This document shows positions 60,043-64,000 of a stretch of 64,000 bases of DNA, one piece after another. This DNA comes from an uncultured Planctomycetaceae bacterium (GTDB lineage Bacteria > Planctomycetota > Planctomycetia > Planctomycetales > Planctomycetaceae), in contig CAXBME010000001.1 of the NCBI GenBank assembly GCA_963976765.1, positions 310,001-374,000 on the forward strand. The letters run 5' to 3'. Positions within the stretch are counted from its first letter, which is position 1. Every line of letters begins with the position of its first letter. The notes beneath the pieces are model-generated. The model worked only from the letters and a program-made list of their open reading frames with translations. It was not told the DNA's origin and ran no database searches. The translations under genes were made by a program, and so were the position numbers.

Positions 60043-61419
60043 TTGTTAATCTCAGGCCACGACCAATCGTCGGCGACGAACGAGTTTGTCGCCAGTCCCG
60101 CGTTTCGATGGAGCATGCTCTTCGTCGGACTCGCCACCGGATTCTTAGGCATGGACATCATGGTGCGACGGCCCATGATGCGGGAACTTGCCTCGGTTCG
60201 CACCGAACTCTCGACCGTCGAACGTGATATGGAAGAACTCGTCGGAGTTCGCAATCAGGTCTGGGAAACGAACAACCTGCTGACCAGCCTGAAGTCGCAG
60301 TACCGACAACTCGAAGACGCTCGCGTCAGTATGAGTGCTCTGGCTCAGCTTCGCAGCGAAATCGAAGCCGAAGCAGGCCACACAGGTGCTGCGTTCGCCA
60401 AACTTGACCGCCTGGTCGGTTTGCAGAATGCTGTGTTGAGAAACTCTGAAAATGTTGAGTCTGCTGAAGTCAGTCTCGACCGCATGGTTGCCATGCAGGG
60501 ACACCTTGTCGAATCCGGCCAGAACACTACTGATGCCATGTCGGCTATCAATCAACTGGTCAAAGTCCGCGACGCTGCTGAAGTTCAGGTCGCAAAGATC
60601 GACAATGCTTACGACGCGGTGCAGAAATTCGGCGAGCTGAAGAATCAGATCATGACCAACGGCGAAGGCCTGGACATCGCTCAGGAACACGTCGCCGCTC
60701 TGGCCGCCATCAAGAATGATGTCTTCAACGAAGCGGGCGATGTCGCCGCCGCTCACGAAGCCGCTCGCAACATGATTGCTCTGAAGAACGACATCAACGC
60801 GAAATCAGAAGGTCTGGAAACTGCAAAGCTGACGGCTCAGGAACTCTTCACCCTGAAAGATGCAGTTGTCTCAAACGGTGGCAATACCGAAGCCGCCTTT
60901 GCCAATACCGAACGACTTTTCACACTTCGTGACGCTTTGATCGCAGAAGCTGATCTCGATTCGGCTGAAGGCAACCTGAATCAGCTCGTTGAAATTCAGG
61001 ATACGCTGAATCGTCAGACCGCTGAGGTCGCCGACGCTGTCGAAACGCTGGAAGTTCTGACTGACCTCAATGATGAACTTCAGACGCAGGTCACCACGAT
61101 CGACGGCATGCGAAAAAGCCTGCTGGATGTCGTGCTGATGGAATCGACCGTTCGAAAAGTGGCTGGAATTCTTGAGCCGCTGGCCGAACTCAGCAATCTT
61201 CGTCGGTTGAGCAGCGACGATATGCGGGAAGCTGCCCGTGTCATCATGGATCAGCGAACATCGCGAGTTGCCTCTCGACCTGCTGATTCAGCTTCGAAGT
61301 CCGCTCCGAAACTGAAACTCAACGACGTCGAACTCTTCACCGATGAGCAGCCCAGGGACATCCTTGTTCCACTGCCGAAAGACCTCGACATCGACTCCGT
61401 GATTGACAGCATTGAATAG
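60043..61419 (+). CDS. Membrane-anchored coiled-coil protein with 11 tandem ~24-aa repeats
   Basis: Strong RBS ggaggag before TTG; one hydrophobic segment (WSMLFVGLATGFLGMDIMV); repeats at 60319-61107. Confidence 0.85.
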   Translation: MLISGHDQSSATNEFVASPAFRWSMLFVGLATGFLGMDIMVRRPMMRELASVRTELSTVERDMEELVGVRNQVWETNNLLTSLKSQYRQLEDARVSMSALAQLRSEIEAEAGHTGAAFAKLDRLVGLQNAVLRNSENVESAEVSLDRMVAMQGHLVESGQNTTDAMSAINQLVKVRDAAEVQVAKIDNAYDAVQKFGELKNQIMTNGEGLDIAQEHVAALAAIKNDVFNEAGDVAAAHEAARNMIALKNDINAKSEGLETAKLTAQELFTLKDAVVSNGGNTEAAFANTERLFTLRDALIAEADLDSAEGNLNQLVEIQDTLNRQTAEVADAVETLEVLTDLNDELQTQVTTIDGMRKSLLDVVLMESTVRKVAGILEPLAELSNLRRLSSDDMREAARVIMDQRTSRVASRPADSASKSAPKLKLNDVELFTDEQPRDILVPLPKDLDIDSVIDSIE

Positions 61420-61613
61420 TTTTCAGAACCCTGTCCGGTCGATCAAAATCTGCTCTTGTGCCACTCGCTTGGATTAACATTCACTTCTGACCGCACATCG
61501 AGCAAGCACCTTGATTGACCACGATACTCACACCAGAGATTGACCACCTGAAACGCTGACCTTGATCGACCCACACCGAACGACAGGATCACCGGGCAGG
61601 GAACTCTGAAAAC
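61419..61613 (+). ncRNA. Candidate structured 3'-UTR RNA / ncRNA
   Basis: 24-bp interrupted long-range stem between 61419-61444 and 61587-61613, an inner stem, and three GATYGACC motifs. No known family recognised. Confidence 0.4.
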
Positions 61614-61647
61614 AAGAATGAATTGCCTTTGTCTCCAGGCAGGAACC

Positions 61648-61684
61648 AACGGCGAGTCCCGGGAAACCGCGACTCGCCGTTTTC
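61648..61684 (+). terminator. Intrinsic terminator
   Basis: aacggcgagtc-c-cgg-gaaa-ccg-c-gactcgccgtt followed by tt. Confidence 0.75.
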
Positions 61685-61840
61685 CGTATTGTGAGTTTTA
61701 ACCTCTCCGGCCTCCGCGAAAAAAAATCACAACACATTCGCATCTACTGATCCCGCACGAACAAACTCGCGAACGCTGGAGCGATGACCTAAACTGTCGC
61801 CCGTCAGCCCCGTGCCCTCTCCTCGGACTCAGTCAGCCCC

Positions 61841-62590
61841 ATGCAAGTCGCACTTTTCGTCCCCTGCTACATTGATCAGCTTTACCCGAACGTCGGCCTG
61901 GCCACTGTCGACCTGCTGGAACGCTACGGCTGTGAAGTTGTTGTTCCAACTGAGCAAACCTGCTGCGGGCAGCCGATGGCCAACACAGGATTGACTGAGC
62001 AAACCCGCCCGCTCGCCGAACGGTTTCTTGATATCTTCGCCGAGTACGAGTACGTCGTGTGCCCATCGGGAAGCTGTACGGCGATGGTGACTCACCACTA
62101 CGAAAACTACCTGGAAGGCCGAGACGGTTTCGAAGCCTTGAAGAAGAAGACTTTCGAGCTGACTGAATTTCTCGTCGACATTCTGAAGGTCGGCAAAGTT
62201 GAAGGCAGCTTCCCTCACAAAGTTGGCCTGCATCAGAGCTGCCACGGCCTGAGAGAACTTCGTCTGGGCAGCTCGTCAGAACTCGTCGGCCTGACCTTTA
62301 ACAAGGCTCGCTGGCTGCTGGAATCTCTGGAAGGAATCCAGATCAGCGAACTGACCCGCCCCGATGAATGCTGTGGCTTCGGCGGAACCTTTGCGATCGG
62401 CGAAGAAGCCGTTTCCGTGATGATGGGCAAAGACCGGATCGCTGATCACGAATCAGCCGGCACCGAGATACTTACCGCCAACGACATGTCCTGCCTGATG
62501 CACATGGACGGTCTGATCCGACGGGAAAAGAAACCGATCCGAGTCATGCACATTGCTGAGATCCTCAGCGAAGCCGGGTGTCGTTCATAG
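61841..62590 (+). CDS. lutA: (Fe-S)-binding protein, LutA/YkgE family (CCG domains)
   Basis: ALFVPCYIDQLYP, QTCCGQP, PSGSC, HQSCHGLR, ECCGFGGTF and SCLMH. Confidence 0.9.
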   Translation: MQVALFVPCYIDQLYPNVGLATVDLLERYGCEVVVPTEQTCCGQPMANTGLTEQTRPLAERFLDIFAEYEYVVCPSGSCTAMVTHHYENYLEGRDGFEALKKKTFELTEFLVDILKVGKVEGSFPHKVGLHQSCHGLRELRLGSSSELVGLTFNKARWLLESLEGIQISELTRPDECCGFGGTFAIGEEAVSVMMGKDRIADHESAGTEILTANDMSCLMHMDGLIRREKKPIRVMHIAEILSEAGCRS

Positions 62591-62678
62591 CTCGTCTGGT
62601 TCGAGAAAGGCTCAGCCTCTCTCAGGCAAACGGCTTCGGCGCAAGGTCCGTGTGGTGGAAAACAGACTTCAGCGACGA

Positions 62679-64000
62679 TCATTCGCGTAACCGAGTCTCA
62701 AAGCGAACTCGCTTCTGGCCGAGAAATTTCAGCTCAGTCAGCTTCCAGAATCCGTCCGCGTCTTTGACGGAGAGCCTGCCAACATATTCGTTCTCACGAG
62801 TGTGGATGTGCCCCCAGTGTTCAACTTCTCCTGACACTCTCCAGCAAAGATCGACCTGAAATTCACCGAGCGACGGTGCTCCGGTCACGATGCCTGACAC
62901 TGGTTGTACTTCCAGGACTCGCGACCGTGAACCACCCTGCTCAGCCATCAGAAGCGAACGTCGAATCTGCAAGTACAACGAACGAAGCAATGGTCCGTCA
63001 ACGAATGCACTGAGGGCATCGTAAGTCTCCCTCTCACCTTGAAAGTCGAACGCGCGATAGACATTTCGAATCAGCAAGTGAGCTATCTGCTCGGCCCGGT
63101 CCGAAGAAGGGGCGGAATCGGTCGAGGATATTGCTTTGACCGCAGGCTCTGACTGCTGATCAGAATTCGTGCCGGCCCAGTCAAAGACCACATCGCCAGG
63201 GCGAAAAAAGTGTTCGCGCGATGGGTTATTGAATTCATAGATGACCGACTTCAGAAACGGAGCAAACCTGTTGAATGTCTCCCATTCTGCGTGAATCTTC
63301 GACGGGATTTTCTCCGATGGGTAGCTCAGCATGATGCCGACTCTTGCCTGCGCGACGCTCACACGGCGAGGCTCGGCATTCATGGCAAAGTCTCGAATGT
63401 CCAGACCGAAGAAATTCACGCGAGCGACAATTGGTTTCACAACCGAACCGTTGATCGAAACCGGATTGCCCTTTCGAAAAAAGTCCGCGACCTGCGATGC
63501 TGCCGCTTTCTGCTCGTCAACTTCCAGAAATGCTTCGTCGTTCCGTTTGACAGTGATCCACTCGTCGATTGTCAGCAGCGGGATCAGAATTTCGTGCCGC
63601 ACTTCGTGAGGCGTGATATAGAAAAACGAGTACAGCCCACTGTAGCTGGCAATGCCCAACTGCTGCTTCAGTCGCTCGCTTCGCTGCTCTTTGAGTTCCC
63701 GCCAGTTCTTCGGCGGTGTTGGCGGCTTCGTCCAGTCGAACCTCGTCGTCAGAGACTGACCGCTCAGTAAAGGTTGCGAAATATCCAGCACGACGCCCTG
63801 CTGTTTGACCTGGCAATCCATCATCGCGGGCAGGGTTGCCTTCTCGCCGCCGAAAGATTGGGAAACCGTCAGAAAGTCCGGCTTCGCATTTGTTGAATAT
63901 TGCAGTGAGTAGGTAACGGAAAATTGTTTGATTTCGGTGAGCGCGACTCCTTTATCCACAATGTTTGACGAGTTCACGGAGGTGACTTTGCCAGATAATA
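62679..64000 (-). CDS. Hypothetical protein, 5'-partial
   Basis: The frame stays open upstream of the track start to the window edge (LSGKVTSVNSS...); C-terminal WRVSGEVEHWGHIHTRENEY. Confidence 0.8.
   Translation of the reverse strand, partial: LSGKVTSVNSSNIVDKGVALTEIKQFSVTYSLQYSTNAKPDFLTVSQSFGGEKATLPAMMDCQVKQQGVVLDISQPLLSGQSLTTRFDWTKPPTPPKNWRELKEQRSERLKQQLGIASYSGLYSFFYITPHEVRHEILIPLLTIDEWITVKRNDEAFLEVDEQKAAASQVADFFRKGNPVSINGSVVKPIVARVNFFGLDIRDFAMNAEPRRVSVAQARVGIMLSYPSEKIPSKIHAEWETFNRFAPFLKSVIYEFNNPSREHFFRPGDVVFDWAGTNSDQQSEPAVKAISSTDSAPSSDRAEQIAHLLIRNVYRAFDFQGERETYDALSAFVDGPLLRSLYLQIRRSLLMAEQGGSRSRVLEVQPVSGIVTGAPSLGEFQVDLCWRVSGEVEHWGHIHTRENEYVGRLSVKDADGFWKLTELKFLGQKRVRFETRLRE

Noticed and set aside
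61510..61575. Three regularly spaced repeats as a mini-CRISPR
   Set aside because: The repeat is only ~10 nt with ~15-nt spacers and there are no cas genes; kept instead as part of the structured-RNA finding.
1..64000. tRNA, rRNA, tmRNA or CRISPR arrays
   Set aside because: None recognised by eye in the intergenic regions; a tRNAscan-SE/Infernal run would be needed to exclude them formally.

Overview
A GC-rich chromosomal window from a planctomycete, probably Planctomycetaceae. The lineage call rests on a PPC/DUF1501/DUF1549-DUF1553 cluster, a DUF1592/DUF1552 pair, a LEPRxLL-type extracellular protein, a sulfatase and a PQQ-type propeller protein. Most of the window is housekeeping or lineage-typical: phoH-7TM-HD-ybeY-corC, Nif3, MATE, an M50 protease, an M24 peptidase, a GspE-like ATPase and lutA. 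I found no rRNA, tRNA or CRISPR array. The main points of interest are: (i) a non-phage module of two tandem tail-collar (MdpB-like) genes, a Tat-signal DUF6916-like gene and a divergent GNAT, near an FG-GAP/RTX adhesin; (ii) a membrane-anchored protein with eleven tandem ~24-residue coiled-coil repeats, followed by a highly structured ~265-nt 3' region with a thrice-repeated motif and a terminator; (iii) a mosaic SrfA-like/Zn-ribbon/CAP-like protein behind a large TPR protein; (iv) two copies of a REP-like nested palindrome; (v) an internally deleted IS701 element abutting a decayed SPFH gene; (vi) two small membrane-protein ORFs missing from the ORF track. All family calls come from recognising motifs by eye; no searches were run.
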